From a virus (taxonomy: Duplodnaviria; Caudoviricetes), in IMG/VR virus record IMGVR_UViG_3300044630_000901, positions 1 through 56,971 of that record: a stretch of DNA of 56,971 bases, one strand, 5' to 3'. The translations under genes were made by a program, and so were the position numbers. Positions 1 to 9,328 of this stretch are shown in pieces. The first letter of the stretch is position 1. Each line of letters starts with the position of its first letter. The notes beneath the pieces are model-generated. The model was not told where the DNA came from and searched no databases. It saw nothing but the letters and a program-made list of their open reading frames with translations.

Positions 1-65
1 ACCCCCACCCCCCGGCCCCGCCCTGCTTACGAGGCGCGCACATTGCATGACCAAAAAATAAAAAG

Positions 66-214
66 GTGTGTATACACACGTAGTAGTACTAAAATAAACA
101 TAAAAAAGTATAGCCTTCCCGTCATAGAGGCCCTTAAACTTCATAGACCCTAAAAAACGTGTGTATACACACCCAAAAACGCAAAAAACACCCCTACAAT
201 GTGTGTATACACAC
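66..214. repeat. Three perfect copies of the 14-bp palindrome GTGTGTATACACAC (66-79, 159-172, 201-214); putative operators
   Basis: Read directly. The third copy abuts a TACAAT -10-like hexamer (195-200) upstream of the RHH gene. Confidence 0.9.
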
Positions 215-230
215 CTCAAAAGGACCAAAA

Positions 231-422
231 ATGAAGCGCTGGAACCTGTTTTTGCCCCCAGAATTGATCGAAAAATACAAGAAAATGGCCACCCAAAAGG
301 GCGTTTCTTCGGCTGAAATGGCCCGAATCGCCATGGAAAAGTACGCTCAGGCCGTGGAAAAAGCTAAAGCGCGAGGTGACGAGACGCAAAAAGCTGCTGC
401 GGAGACTGCAAATGCTGGCTGA
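231..422 (+). CDS. Ribbon-helix-helix (CopG/Arc-like) DNA-binding protein
   Basis: ATG at 231 after AAGGA. The sequence MKRWNLFLPPELIEKYKKMATQKGVSSAEMARIAMEKY fits the RHH pattern (alternating beta strand, helix, GxSxxE turn, helix). Confidence 0.75.
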   Translation: MKRWNLFLPPELIEKYKKMATQKGVSSAEMARIAMEKYAQAVEKAKARGDETQKAAAETANAG

Positions 423-930
423 TGACACCCCCATGGACGATGCGCCTCTGGAGTACAAGCCAAAAAACGTCTCGTTCCCGCAGATCAGTGAGGAGATGGT
501 GGCCTCGGTAGCCTTGGGGTTGGAAGACGAGCTCATCGTGGCCAGTCGCCACGGTCTGTCAATCGAGCAGTACCAAGAATTGGCCGCGCAGCCGTGGTTT
601 CAGCTTCAAGTTCAGGTCAAACGCTCCGAGTACGAGAAAAACGGCGTCACGTTCAAAGCCAAGGCGGCGTGGATGGCCGGGGAGTTGCTCGATCAGGTGT
701 ACGTCACTGCGGCGTCCGGCGATGCCAGTCTGAACCAGAAGCATGAAGTCCTGAAGACCCTCATCAAGGCTGCCGGTCTGGAGCCCAAGGAGGAAAAAGT
801 CAAGGACACTGGGCCCGGGTTCAGTATCAGCATCGACTTGGGAGGTGGCCAGTCCATATCCCTGAGCAACCAGCAGACGCTGTCACCCGTTACACTGGAC
901 GCAGAGGTCAAGGAGATCAAGAATGCCTAA
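412..930 (+). CDS. Putative terminase small subunit
   Basis: ATG at 412 after GGAG. About 172 aa, helical, with a C-terminal 'FSISIDLG' strand; lies upstream of the large terminase. Confidence 0.5.
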   Translation: MLADDTPMDDAPLEYKPKNVSFPQISEEMVASVALGLEDELIVASRHGLSIEQYQELAAQPWFQLQVQVKRSEYEKNGVTFKAKAAWMAGELLDQVYVTAASGDASLNQKHEVLKTLIKAAGLEPKEEKVKDTGPGFSISIDLGGGQSISLSNQQTLSPVTLDAEVKEIKNA

Positions 931-1189
931 ATCCAAATTGGAAACCCGGCTGACACGCCAGATCGCTGCGCGGGGTGAAGACAACGCCAGCGGCATCGCA
1001 CATGGCCTGTTGGTCAAACGCGGGCACATCAAGCCGGACGGCACGCTGACCGCAGCGGGTAAGAAGCGTCAGGACTTGGGCAACGACGGTCGGGCCAAGG
1101 ACCGGGAGTCCAGATACTCGGGCGGTAAGAACAAGCCCAGTGACTACAAGTACAACGCCAAGACCAACGCAGCGACACTCAAAAAATGA
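923..1189 (+). CDS. Small basic hypothetical protein
   Basis: 88-aa K/R-rich ORF preceded by AAGGAG; overlaps the upstream stop. Confidence 0.7.
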   Translation: MPKSKLETRLTRQIAARGEDNASGIAHGLLVKRGHIKPDGTLTAAGKKRQDLGNDGRAKDRESRYSGGKNKPSDYKYNAKTNAATLKK

Positions 1190-1359
1190 TCGGCTCCTAC
1201 GAGCGCACCGCGAACCGATTGCTGCGCGGGCAGCCAAAACCAAAACCGTTCTGCCAACTGGTGAATGGCCGCTTCATCACCGGTACGCAGAGTCTTCACA
1301 GAACCCGTCAGAGCCGCACGTGGCGGTTGTTCTGGCGTCTGAAAGCACAACGAACATGA
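1186..1359 (+). CDS. Small Arg-rich hypothetical protein (57 aa, not in ORF track)
   Basis: ATGA overlaps at both ends (1186-1189 and 1356-1359), consistent with translational coupling. Confidence 0.5.
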   Translation: MIGSYERTANRLLRGQPKPKPFCQLVNGRFITGTQSLHRTRQSRTWRLFWRLKAQRT

Positions 1360-1517
1360 ACTACATGGAAAACCTGACTCAGGGGCTGGTAGACGAATTA
1401 CTGGCCGTTGTCCACAAGTACGACAACACGATGATGTTGCCGACAGCGCTGGGTTGCCTTGACATAGTTAAAGCCCAGTTGCTCCAAGAACACATGGAAG
1501 ACGACGAAGATGAGTAA
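1356..1517 (+). CDS. Small acidic hypothetical protein
   Basis: MNYMENLTQG...EDDEDE; ATGA-coupled start, overlaps the terminase start. Confidence 0.6.
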   Translation: MNYMENLTQGLVDELLAVVHKYDNTMMLPTALGCLDIVKAQLLQEHMEDDEDE

Positions 1518-2982
1518 CTACAAACCGACCGAGACCCAGCGTAACTACATGCTGGATGAATCCTACGTCCGGGTGCTGGCGGGCCCAGTGGGTGGCGGCA
1601 AGTCGGTGACGTGTGTACATGAGCTGGTGCGTCTGGCATGCGGCCAAGCGCCTAACGCCAAGGGTGTTCGCAAGACTCGGGCGATCATCGTGCGTAACAC
1701 GGCTGACCAGCTGGCGCTGACCACACGGAAGACAGTGTTCGACTGGCTGCCGCCCGGTGAGGCTGGTATCTGGAAGGCTGTGGAGAAGACGTTTATCCTG
1801 ATGGCCAAACTGCCGGATGGGACTCAGGTCGAGTCGGAATGGATTTTCATTCCACTGGATACCCCGGACGACGTGCGTAAGGCGCTGTCACTGGAGACCA
1901 CGTTCCTGTGGGGTAACGAGAGCCGAGAGCTCAACAGCGAGGTTGTGGATGGCCTGCTGTCACGTCTGAACCGATACCCCTCGGCCAAGGACGGTGGGCC
2001 CACCCGGTCGTGTGCGCTGTTCGACACCAACATGCCCGACGAGGACACATGGTGGCACGACAAAATGGAGAACCCTCCGAGCAACTGGGCAATCCACAAG
2101 CAGCCAGCGGCGATCATCAAGCCAGAGGTGTACCTTGAGCGTTTCGGCGAGGAGCCGGACGAGGTGCTGCTGGATAAGGACGAGAACGAGTGGGCGGTCA
2201 ACCCTGAGTGCGACAACTACAACCATCTGCCCAAGCAGTACTACCCCAACATCATCCCGGGCAAGACCGAGGACTGGTTGCGTGTGTACCTGCGCTCGGA
2301 GTATGGCCGCTCGCTATCCGGCACCCCGGTGTACGAGAAGACGTTCACACACGAGTTCCACGTGTCCAAGGACAAGATCAAGCCGATCCGTAGCGAGGAG
2401 TACCCGGTCATCATCGGTCTGGACTTCGGGCGCACACCGGCAGCCGTATTCAAGCAGCGCGACCCGCGTGGGCGTGTAGTGACTCTGGCCGAGCTCACCT
2501 CGGAGAACATGGGCATCGAGACGTTCTTGCGCACGAAGCTCAACCCGTTCATCGCCAACAACATGCAGGGGTGCTCGTTCCTCGTAGCGCCTGACCCAGC
2601 AGGGTACGCCAAGCAGCAGCAAGGCGAGCTGTCTCTGGTTGATATCGTCAAAAATGCCGGGTTCAAGTGCCAGAAACCACCGACAAATGACCCGGAGAAA
2701 CGGGTTCAGGCAGTCGAACGCTTGCTTGTCCAACAGTTGGAAGGTAAGGCGATGTACCTGATCGACCCGGGCTGCACGCAGCTCATCAAGGGGTTCCGCT
2801 ACGGGTACCGGTACAAAATCAAGAAGTCCGGGGAGATGGAGGACAAGCCTGACAAAAACGCTTTTTCTCACGTCCACGACGCCAACCAGTACGCAGACTC
2901 GGTCATTGACATGAACATCCGGGGGGCTACGCACAGCAGTGCGCGGCGTGAAATCAAGAAGTCCGGTTACTCGTACTCTTGA
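1510..2982 (+). CDS. terL: Terminase large subunit
   Basis: Walker A GPVGGGKS, Walker B-like LWGNE, coupling motif DTN, RNase H-like 'GLDFG' and C-terminal 'HVHDANQY'. Confidence 0.92.
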   Translation: MSNYKPTETQRNYMLDESYVRVLAGPVGGGKSVTCVHELVRLACGQAPNAKGVRKTRAIIVRNTADQLALTTRKTVFDWLPPGEAGIWKAVEKTFILMAKLPDGTQVESEWIFIPLDTPDDVRKALSLETTFLWGNESRELNSEVVDGLLSRLNRYPSAKDGGPTRSCALFDTNMPDEDTWWHDKMENPPSNWAIHKQPAAIIKPEVYLERFGEEPDEVLLDKDENEWAVNPECDNYNHLPKQYYPNIIPGKTEDWLRVYLRSEYGRSLSGTPVYEKTFTHEFHVSKDKIKPIRSEEYPVIIGLDFGRTPAAVFKQRDPRGRVVTLAELTSENMGIETFLRTKLNPFIANNMQGCSFLVAPDPAGYAKQQQGELSLVDIVKNAGFKCQKPPTNDPEKRVQAVERLLVQQLEGKAMYLIDPGCTQLIKGFRYGYRYKIKKSGEMEDKPDKNAFSHVHDANQYADSVIDMNIRGATHSSARREIKKSGYSYS

Positions 2983-3006
2983 CCGTAGCCCCTCTGGGGG
3001 TACAAT
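2979..3006 (+). promoter_or_regulatory. Putative sigma70-type promoter
   Basis: TTGACC (2979-2984), 16 nt, TACAAT (3001-3006), upstream of gene 3030. Confidence 0.45.
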
Positions 3007-3029
3007 CCCAGTAACTTCCGGAGACAGCT

Positions 3030-3836
3030 ATGTCTAACTTTTACCCATCGACTACCCTAGAGCGGCGCGACGAGGATTTTGCGTTGCAGGTCGCACGCGG
3101 ACAAGTACCCGGTCATGAGATTGTTCAGGTCTTCGGCTACAACGGCGATCTTGACCAGACAGAAGAGTCAATTTGGCCAGACGGTGGGGTAGTTCCACAT
3201 CCAGCAGCGGCGTCAGTTTTGAAGGTAAGTTCCAGCAGCGCAAGCGACACAGCAGCAGGTACTGGGGCACGCACCGTGTTTATTTCTGGTGTAGATAACG
3301 ACTTTGCTGTGGTTGGTGAAACCGTTACGTTGAATGGCCAGACGGCTGTAAACACAATCAACTCGTACCGCTACGTCAACCAGTTGTATGTGACCTCTCT
3401 GGGCTCTGGCACTGCGAACGCAGGCAACATCAACGTAGGTACAGGCACGGTAACAGCCGGTGTTCCAGCAGTTTTGTACGACATCATTGCCGTTGGTTTT
3501 AACCAGCGCACTACGGCCCACTACTGTGTCCCTGCTGGATACACAGGTTACATGGTCAAAGGTGTGATTACCTCCGGTCAAGAGACTGGCTCTTCTAGTG
3601 TTACTGCGTTTTTAAAGCAGCATGGCACCGACGACATTCTGCGGGTAGGCGCGATCTCTACGTTGAACAACGGCTCCATAGAGTACAACTTTGCTTTTCC
3701 GTATGTTATCCCAGAGAAAAATTGTGTAGGGGCTTCGGCCATTGGTGCATCGAACAACAACGCAGTCAGCGCGTTTTTCAACATCGTACTGGTCAAAGGT
3801 ACGAACGCGGCTGGACCCGGCGTACCTTGGATTTAA
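3030..3836 (+). CDS. Hypothetical beta-rich protein, probably virion-associated
   Basis: 268 aa, G/T/S/V-rich, GGAG SD, between terL and portal. Confidence 0.6.
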   Translation: MSNFYPSTTLERRDEDFALQVARGQVPGHEIVQVFGYNGDLDQTEESIWPDGGVVPHPAAASVLKVSSSSASDTAAGTGARTVFISGVDNDFAVVGETVTLNGQTAVNTINSYRYVNQLYVTSLGSGTANAGNINVGTGTVTAGVPAVLYDIIAVGFNQRTTAHYCVPAGYTGYMVKGVITSGQETGSSSVTAFLKQHGTDDILRVGAISTLNNGSIEYNFAFPYVIPEKNCVGASAIGASNNNAVSAFFNIVLVKGTNAAGPGVPWI

Positions 3837-3845
3837 GGACATCTC

Positions 3846-5927
3846 ATGGCTACAGGCATCGCCCTCATCCCCGTCGCTCGCAGCTCAGACCTTGAGCGTG
3901 AGTCCCAGAAACGCAACTCAGAGATGCAGGCCACGCCTGTCATTCAGGGTTTGGCTGCTCATGCACGCAAGCGCTGGGAATCTGCCCGTGAGGCCAAGCG
4001 GACCATCGAGGAGCGCATGCTGCAGTGTTTGCGTCAGCGTAACGGTGAGTATGACCCTGACAAACTGGCCGACATCAAGCGCCAAGGCGGCTCGGAGATT
4101 TACATCCAGCTGACAAGCGTCAAGTGCCGCGCCGCTACTAGCTGGCTGCGTGATACCTTGCTGGGTACTGGCACCGACAAGCCGTGGAGCCTTGAGGCTA
4201 CACCCGAGCCGACGCTGCCACCCGAGATGGTCCAAGAGCTGATGGCCAGCATGCAGCAGCAGTTGATGGCTCAGATGGAGCAGGGCATGGCTCCTCCAGA
4301 CCCAGTGCAGCTGCGCGAAGCGGCCATGCAGATGAAGGACGCAGCGATGCGTCGCCTGCGCGAAGAGGCCAACGAGCGCGTTGACCGCATGGAACTGAAG
4401 ATGGAAGACCAGCTCATCGAGGGTGGCTGGACTGACGCACTGAACGCGTTCTTGGACGACGTCGTGACGTTCCCCTACGCCGTGCTCAAGGGCCCTGTGA
4501 AGCGCAAGCGCAAGACGCTGGCTTGGCAGAACGGCGAGCTGGTGCCGTCTGAAGAGATTCGCAACGAGTGGGAGCGCGTTGACCCGTTCATGCTCTACTG
4601 GGCACCATGGGCCTCTGACATCCAAGACGGTTTCATCGTCGAGCGCCACCGCATGACTCGTGAAGACCTGCAAGCTCTGATGGGCGTGCCCGGGTACAAC
4701 GACGACGCCATACGCGCCGTACTCAACAGCTTCGATGCTGGCAACCTGAACGAGTGGCTGTGGACCGACAGCGCCCAAGCTACGGCTGAAGGCAAGGACA
4801 CCACACAGACCATCTTCACGACAGACCTGATCGACGCCCTGCAGATGTGGGACAGCGTCAAAGGCAGCGACCTGCTGACATGGGGCCTGTCGAAGAAAGA
4901 GATTCCTGACCCAGACCTGAACTACCCCTGCGAGGTGTGGCTGGTCGGCTCGACCGTGATCCGCGCTGTGCTGAACTACGACCCACTGGGCCGCAAGCCG
5001 TACTACGTGACCTCGTACGAGAAAGTCCCCGGCGCTGTGGCCGGTAAGGGCGTGGCCGACCTGTGCCGCGACTCCCAGAACATGGTGAACGCCTCTGCTC
5101 GCAGCTTGGCCAACAACATGGGTATCAGCTCCGGCCCTCAAGTAGGCGTGAACGTGTCGCGCCTGCCACCGGGCGAAGACATCACCGAGATGTACCCTTG
5201 GAAAATCTGGCAGTTCCAGAGCTCGGAGTTCAACGACGGCTCGCAGCCGCTGCAGTTCTTCCAGCCACAGAGCAACGCCAACGAGCTCATGGCCGTGTTC
5301 GAGAAGTTCAGCGCCCGCGCTGATGAGGACACCATGATCCCACGTTACATGACTGGCGAGAGCTCCCCCGGGGCTGGCCGCACGTCGTCTGGCTTGTCCA
5401 TGCTGATCTCCAACGCTGGCAAGGGCATCAAGCAGGTCATCAGCAACATCGACCGCGCCGTCATCGTGCCGTCTATCGAGCGCCTGTACCAAGACAACCT
5501 GCGCTACAGCAAAGACCCAGACCTGATCGGTGACGTCAAGGCCGTGGCCAAGGGCGCAACCAGCTTGGTGGTCAAGGAAGCCGAAGCTATCCGCCGCAAC
5601 GAGTTCCTGACTCTGGTGCTCAACAGCCCAGTGGCTCAGCAGATCGTCGGTATGGACGGCGCAGCGGAGCTCCTGCGCGAGCAGGCCCGCAGTCTGAGCG
5701 GCAACGTGAACCGTATCGTGCCAGACCGCCCAACGCTCACAGCCATGCAGACGCTGCAGCAGCAAAATGCTCAGCTCCAAGAGCAGCTGGCCATGATCGC
5801 AGGCGAACTCCAAGGTGGCGCTCCGGGCATGACTCAGGGCCCAGCACCGAAGAATATGTTGCCTGACGGCAGCCAAGTTGGTGGTCGTGAAGGAAATATG
5901 ATGTCCGCACGCCCCAATGGTGTTTGA
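3846..5927 (+). CDS. Portal protein
   Basis: 693 aa after terL and before scaffold/capsid; 'RTSSGLSML' portal-like motif and Q-rich C-terminus. Confidence 0.85.
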   Translation: MATGIALIPVARSSDLERESQKRNSEMQATPVIQGLAAHARKRWESAREAKRTIEERMLQCLRQRNGEYDPDKLADIKRQGGSEIYIQLTSVKCRAATSWLRDTLLGTGTDKPWSLEATPEPTLPPEMVQELMASMQQQLMAQMEQGMAPPDPVQLREAAMQMKDAAMRRLREEANERVDRMELKMEDQLIEGGWTDALNAFLDDVVTFPYAVLKGPVKRKRKTLAWQNGELVPSEEIRNEWERVDPFMLYWAPWASDIQDGFIVERHRMTREDLQALMGVPGYNDDAIRAVLNSFDAGNLNEWLWTDSAQATAEGKDTTQTIFTTDLIDALQMWDSVKGSDLLTWGLSKKEIPDPDLNYPCEVWLVGSTVIRAVLNYDPLGRKPYYVTSYEKVPGAVAGKGVADLCRDSQNMVNASARSLANNMGISSGPQVGVNVSRLPPGEDITEMYPWKIWQFQSSEFNDGSQPLQFFQPQSNANELMAVFEKFSARADEDTMIPRYMTGESSPGAGRTSSGLSMLISNAGKGIKQVISNIDRAVIVPSIERLYQDNLRYSKDPDLIGDVKAVAKGATSLVVKEAEAIRRNEFLTLVLNSPVAQQIVGMDGAAELLREQARSLSGNVNRIVPDRPTLTAMQTLQQQNAQLQEQLAMIAGELQGGAPGMTQGPAPKNMLPDGSQVGGREGNMMSARPNGV

Positions 5928-5953
5928 CTTTTTGTGAATTTGTTGTATAGAAT
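5924..5953 (+). promoter_or_regulatory. Putative sigma70 promoter for the head genes
   Basis: TTGACT (5924-5929), 18 nt, TAGAAT (5948-5953) in an AT-rich spacer. Confidence 0.55.
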
Positions 5954-5959
5954 CCACAC

Positions 5960-6202
5960 ATGAAGATTTTTGTAGGCCAAAAGCCTGACCGGCAGCACAT
6001 GCAAGCGTTGATTCGCTGCAAGCTGCAAGAAAACGAGCCCTTGTTGGCGCTGTTTCGGACGAAACTTGAGGAGACCAAAAACTCCTTGATGGTCGCAGAG
6101 GAACCGCACCGCATACACCGGCTCCAAGGTCAGGCTCAAGCCTTATCAGATTTCCTCGAAGCGGTTGAAAAATCGTCAGAGGTCTTCGACCGGATCAAGT
6201 GA
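5960..6202 (+). CDS. Small head-associated hypothetical protein
   Basis: 80 aa, helical, 'RLQGQAQAL', between portal and scaffold. Confidence 0.7.
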   Translation: MKIFVGQKPDRQHMQALIRCKLQENEPLLALFRTKLEETKNSLMVAEEPHRIHRLQGQAQALSDFLEAVEKSSEVFDRIK

Positions 6203-6299
6203 TCCGAATTTTGTAGTCCTAGCAAACCATTATGTTGGACGGCACACCGGTAACTCCGACGCCTGAAAAACAGAGTTGGCGCTTTAAAGGAAATTGAAA

Positions 6300-7271
6300 A
6301 TGGCATTGCCAAGACAAGTAGAAGCTCAGTTACGTGAACTGGAACAGATCGAGAAACAAATAGCTGAGAGCCAAAATCCAGCGCCCGCTAACCCGGAGCC
6401 GGAATCTGTGGACAAATCTTCAGCTGAATCTCCGACACCTGAGCCTGTCGTACAACAGCAAGCACCTGTCGAAACAAAGCCAGAACCGACAGAACCAGCT
6501 ATCGCTGAAGAAACATGGCAGAGTCGCTATATTGCCCTAAAAGGCAAATATGACGCCGAAGTGCCACGCTTACACGCCGACGTGCGGGAACTAAAGGCCC
6601 AAGTGGATAACCTCCGCAAAGCCGCAGAGACCAAGCCAGTCGAGACGAAGAAGCCTACAGTTGCTGAGAAGTTGGTGACTGATGCTGATGTTGAAGCATT
6701 TGGTTCGGACCTTATCGAGGTCCAGCGCAAAGTTGCCCGCGAAGTGGCAGCAGAGTTTCGTGGTGAGCTAGACGCCATGCGTGCCGAGAACGAGAAGCTG
6801 CGCGAGCAGTTGACCAGCACCGGTACCCAAGTGTCCGAAGCCAGTTTTGAGCAGCGCCTGTACCGTATGGTGCCGGACTTTGAAGCAGTCAACGCCGATC
6901 CCAAGTGGATTGCTTGGCTGAACGAAGTGGACCCGCTGCTCCGAGCCCCCCGATCTTCTGTTGCACAGCAAGCGTTCAACCGAGGCGACGCTGAAGGAGT
7001 AGCACACTACGTGGCGATGTTCAAAAAGAGCGTTGCGCCCGTGGAGCCCACTGCCGACAAAGCCACTGAGCTTGAACTTCAAATTCAGCCGAATCGTAGT
7101 GCCACAAGCACACCTCCTACCTCTCAAAAAGGTAAGATTTACACCAACGCAGACATTGAAAAGATGTTCCGCAAGGCTACTGATCTGGGTGTCAAAGGGC
7201 GCGTCGACGAGGCAAAGAAACTTGAAGCTGAAATTGATGCAGCGTTCATGGAAGGTCGCGTAACCGCGTGA
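6300..7271 (+). CDS. Capsid scaffolding protein
   Basis: Acidic/Pro-rich N-terminus, coiled coils, immediately upstream of the capsid gene; AAAGGA SD. Confidence 0.75.
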   Translation: MALPRQVEAQLRELEQIEKQIAESQNPAPANPEPESVDKSSAESPTPEPVVQQQAPVETKPEPTEPAIAEETWQSRYIALKGKYDAEVPRLHADVRELKAQVDNLRKAAETKPVETKKPTVAEKLVTDADVEAFGSDLIEVQRKVAREVAAEFRGELDAMRAENEKLREQLTSTGTQVSEASFEQRLYRMVPDFEAVNADPKWIAWLNEVDPLLRAPRSSVAQQAFNRGDAEGVAHYVAMFKKSVAPVEPTADKATELELQIQPNRSATSTPPTSQKGKIYTNADIEKMFRKATDLGVKGRVDEAKKLEAEIDAAFMEGRVTA

Positions 7272-7318
7272 TCCATGGGTAAAGCGTCACCCAACCTGTA
7301 ACTTTTTAGGAGGCCATC

Positions 7319-8320
7319 ATGGCTGCTGTTTATCCCGTCCAATCGCCGTTCAACACGAACCCTTCGTACTCCGGCGCGTTCATCCCCACCCTGTGGTCCG
7401 GCAAATTGCTGGCCAAGTTCTATCAGAACACCATGCTGTCGGAAATCGCTAACACCGATTACGAAGGCGAGTTGAAGAACCAAGGCGATACCATCCGTAT
7501 CCGCTTGGCTCCTTCGATCAGCATCTCCGACTACACCGTTGGACAGAGCCTGTCGTACGAAGTCCCCACTCCTATCTTCCAAGATATGCAAGTGAACAAG
7601 GGTAAGTACTTCGGCGTGCAAGTCAACGACGTGTTGGCCTATCAGTCCGACATGAACCTGATGAACATGTTCACCGAAGACGCTGCCAAGCAGTTGAAGA
7701 TCGCCATCGAAAACGAAGTGTTCTTCAACAACATCGTGACCGAAGGCCCTGCCGCTGCCAACGAAGGCGCTACTGCTGGTGCTATCTCTGCCGCCTACAA
7801 CTTGGGCACAGACACAGCTCCCGTGGACCAAGCCACCCCTGAGAACGTCTTGAAGGCGATCCTGCGTATGTCCACAGTGCTGGACGAGCAGAACGTGCCT
7901 GAAGATGGTCGCTGGTTGGTTATCAGCCCCTACGACCGTCACCTGTTGATGCAATCCAACATCGCTCAAGCCTACTTCACTGGCGACGCTCAGTCGACCA
8001 TCCGTAGCGGCAAGATCGGTATGTTGGACCGCTTCACTGTGTACGTGTCCAACCTGTTGCCAAAAGGCGCAGCTGGCAAAGCTCTGGTTGCCGGTCTGAC
8101 TGACCCTTCCACAGGTGGTGCTGTGACTGACGCTAAGGCCCGTCGTTTGATGGTTGCTGGTACAAAGGCTGCAATGTCTTTCGCCATGACCGTGAACAAG
8201 ACTGAGCCTCTGCGTAACCAGACTGACTTCGGCGACATCGTCCGTGGTCTGGCCGTGTACGGTCGCAAGACCGTCAAGCCTGAAGCCCTCGTGGTTGCTC
8301 AGGTTGGCTCTGCAACCTGA
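7319..8320 (+). CDS. Major capsid protein
   Basis: 333 aa with 'FIPTLWSGKLL', 'GDTIRI', 'VPEDGRWLVISP' and 'YGRKTVKPEAL'; strong AGGAGG SD, biased codons, followed by a terminator. Confidence 0.9.
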   Translation: MAAVYPVQSPFNTNPSYSGAFIPTLWSGKLLAKFYQNTMLSEIANTDYEGELKNQGDTIRIRLAPSISISDYTVGQSLSYEVPTPIFQDMQVNKGKYFGVQVNDVLAYQSDMNLMNMFTEDAAKQLKIAIENEVFFNNIVTEGPAAANEGATAGAISAAYNLGTDTAPVDQATPENVLKAILRMSTVLDEQNVPEDGRWLVISPYDRHLLMQSNIAQAYFTGDAQSTIRSGKIGMLDRFTVYVSNLLPKGAAGKALVAGLTDPSTGGAVTDAKARRLMVAGTKAAMSFAMTVNKTEPLRNQTDFGDIVRGLAVYGRKTVKPEALVVAQVGSAT

Positions 8321-8333
8321 TCGGTGGCACAAT

Positions 8334-8359
8334 AAAGGGGCTCTTCGGAGCCCCTTTTT
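8334..8359 (+). terminator. Intrinsic terminator after the capsid gene
   Basis: AAAGGGGCTC-TTCG-GAGCCCCTTT followed by TT. Confidence 0.85.
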
Positions 8360-8375
8360 ACATTTGGAGTTATGA

Positions 8376-8642
8376 ATGAACGCACTTGAGTTGATGGCCC
8401 GCCTTAACGGCCAAGTCCTCGGCCACAAAATCCGCGCAGTTGTGGATGGCAGCATTGTCGTTTTGGCACGCATGGATGGCACCGGATGGACTCTGACAGA
8501 GCAGGGCCAAGAGCTGGCCAACAAACACTCCAATGAGGTTGTGGCTGAAGCCGCTGCTAAACCAGTCAAGACCCGCAAGCCAAAAGATGTACCCGCTGAG
8601 CCCGTTGCGGTAGAATTGGCTGATGTAGAGCCTGAACTGTGA
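8376..8642 (+). CDS. Hypothetical protein
   Basis: 88-aa ORF with GGAG SD. Confidence 0.65.
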   Translation: MNALELMARLNGQVLGHKIRAVVDGSIVVLARMDGTGWTLTEQGQELANKHSNEVVAEAAAKPVKTRKPKDVPAEPVAVELADVEPEL

Positions 8643-8650
8643 GGTAGACC

Positions 8651-9328
8651 ATGGCCACCGTAAAAGTCGTTGACCTGATCGCTCGGGCGAAAACAATCCT
8701 CCAAGACGAGGATGCTGTACGGTGGACCTTGCCCGAATTGCAGTGGTGGCTAAACGACGGGTACCGAGAAACTTTGATTTTCCGCCCAGACTCAAACACC
8801 ATCACTGCCGAGTTCACTTGCGCGGCTGGCCCGCGCCAAGTGCTCACAACCATATTCCCCAACGCAACACGACTTGTGTCTGTGATGCGCAACACAGCCG
8901 CCACATCCAACAAGTACGCGGTTCGCCTTGTAGACCGACGTGTGCTGGACGACCAGCGCAAGGGCTGGTACGCTGAAACTCCCACTGTGAGCGTCGAAGA
9001 GTACATGTTTGATGCCCGCCAGCCCAAAGAGTTTCTGGTGTATCCGCCAGCGACATCGGCTGCCAAGCTCGAAGTGTCGTATGCGCAGGTCCCAACCCCA
9101 CACGCTCTTTCTGACGTACAGCTGAACGATCCTGCTACAACAGAGACGATCCGCATCGACGACACTTTTGCAAACTCACTGCTGGACTACATGCTGTACC
9201 GTGCGTACACCAAGGACGCCGAGCAGCAGGGCAACGCAGCCCGCGCTATTGCGCACTACCAAGCCTTTCAAAGCTCACTGGGCGTTGCTGCTCAGGCCAA
9301 CGCTGCCTCGCAGCCGGGAGTTGCCTAA
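8651..9328 (+). CDS. Head-tail adaptor-like protein
   Basis: 225 aa after the capsid gene; 'RWTLPELQWWLNDG' and 'LLDYMLYRAY..D' resemble podovirus adaptors. Confidence 0.65.
   Translation: MATVKVVDLIARAKTILQDEDAVRWTLPELQWWLNDGYRETLIFRPDSNTITAEFTCAAGPRQVLTTIFPNATRLVSVMRNTAATSNKYAVRLVDRRVLDDQRKGWYAETPTVSVEEYMFDARQPKEFLVYPPATSAAKLEVSYAQVPTPHALSDVQLNDPATTETIRIDDTFANSLLDYMLYRAYTKDAEQQGNAARAIAHYQAFQSSLGVAAQANAASQPGVA

Noticed and set aside
159-230. Upstream extension of the RHH ORF (MCIHT...)
   Set aside because: It is just translation through the palindromes; the ATG at 231 has the SD.
3918-5957. 679-aa antisense ORF opposite the portal gene
   Set aside because: It mirrors the portal codon for codon, which follows from the sense gene avoiding TTA/CTA/TCA; the product is not protein-like and has no SD.
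7139-8704. 521-aa antisense ORF over the capsid gene
   Set aside because: Same codon-bias shadow; it also crosses a terminator.
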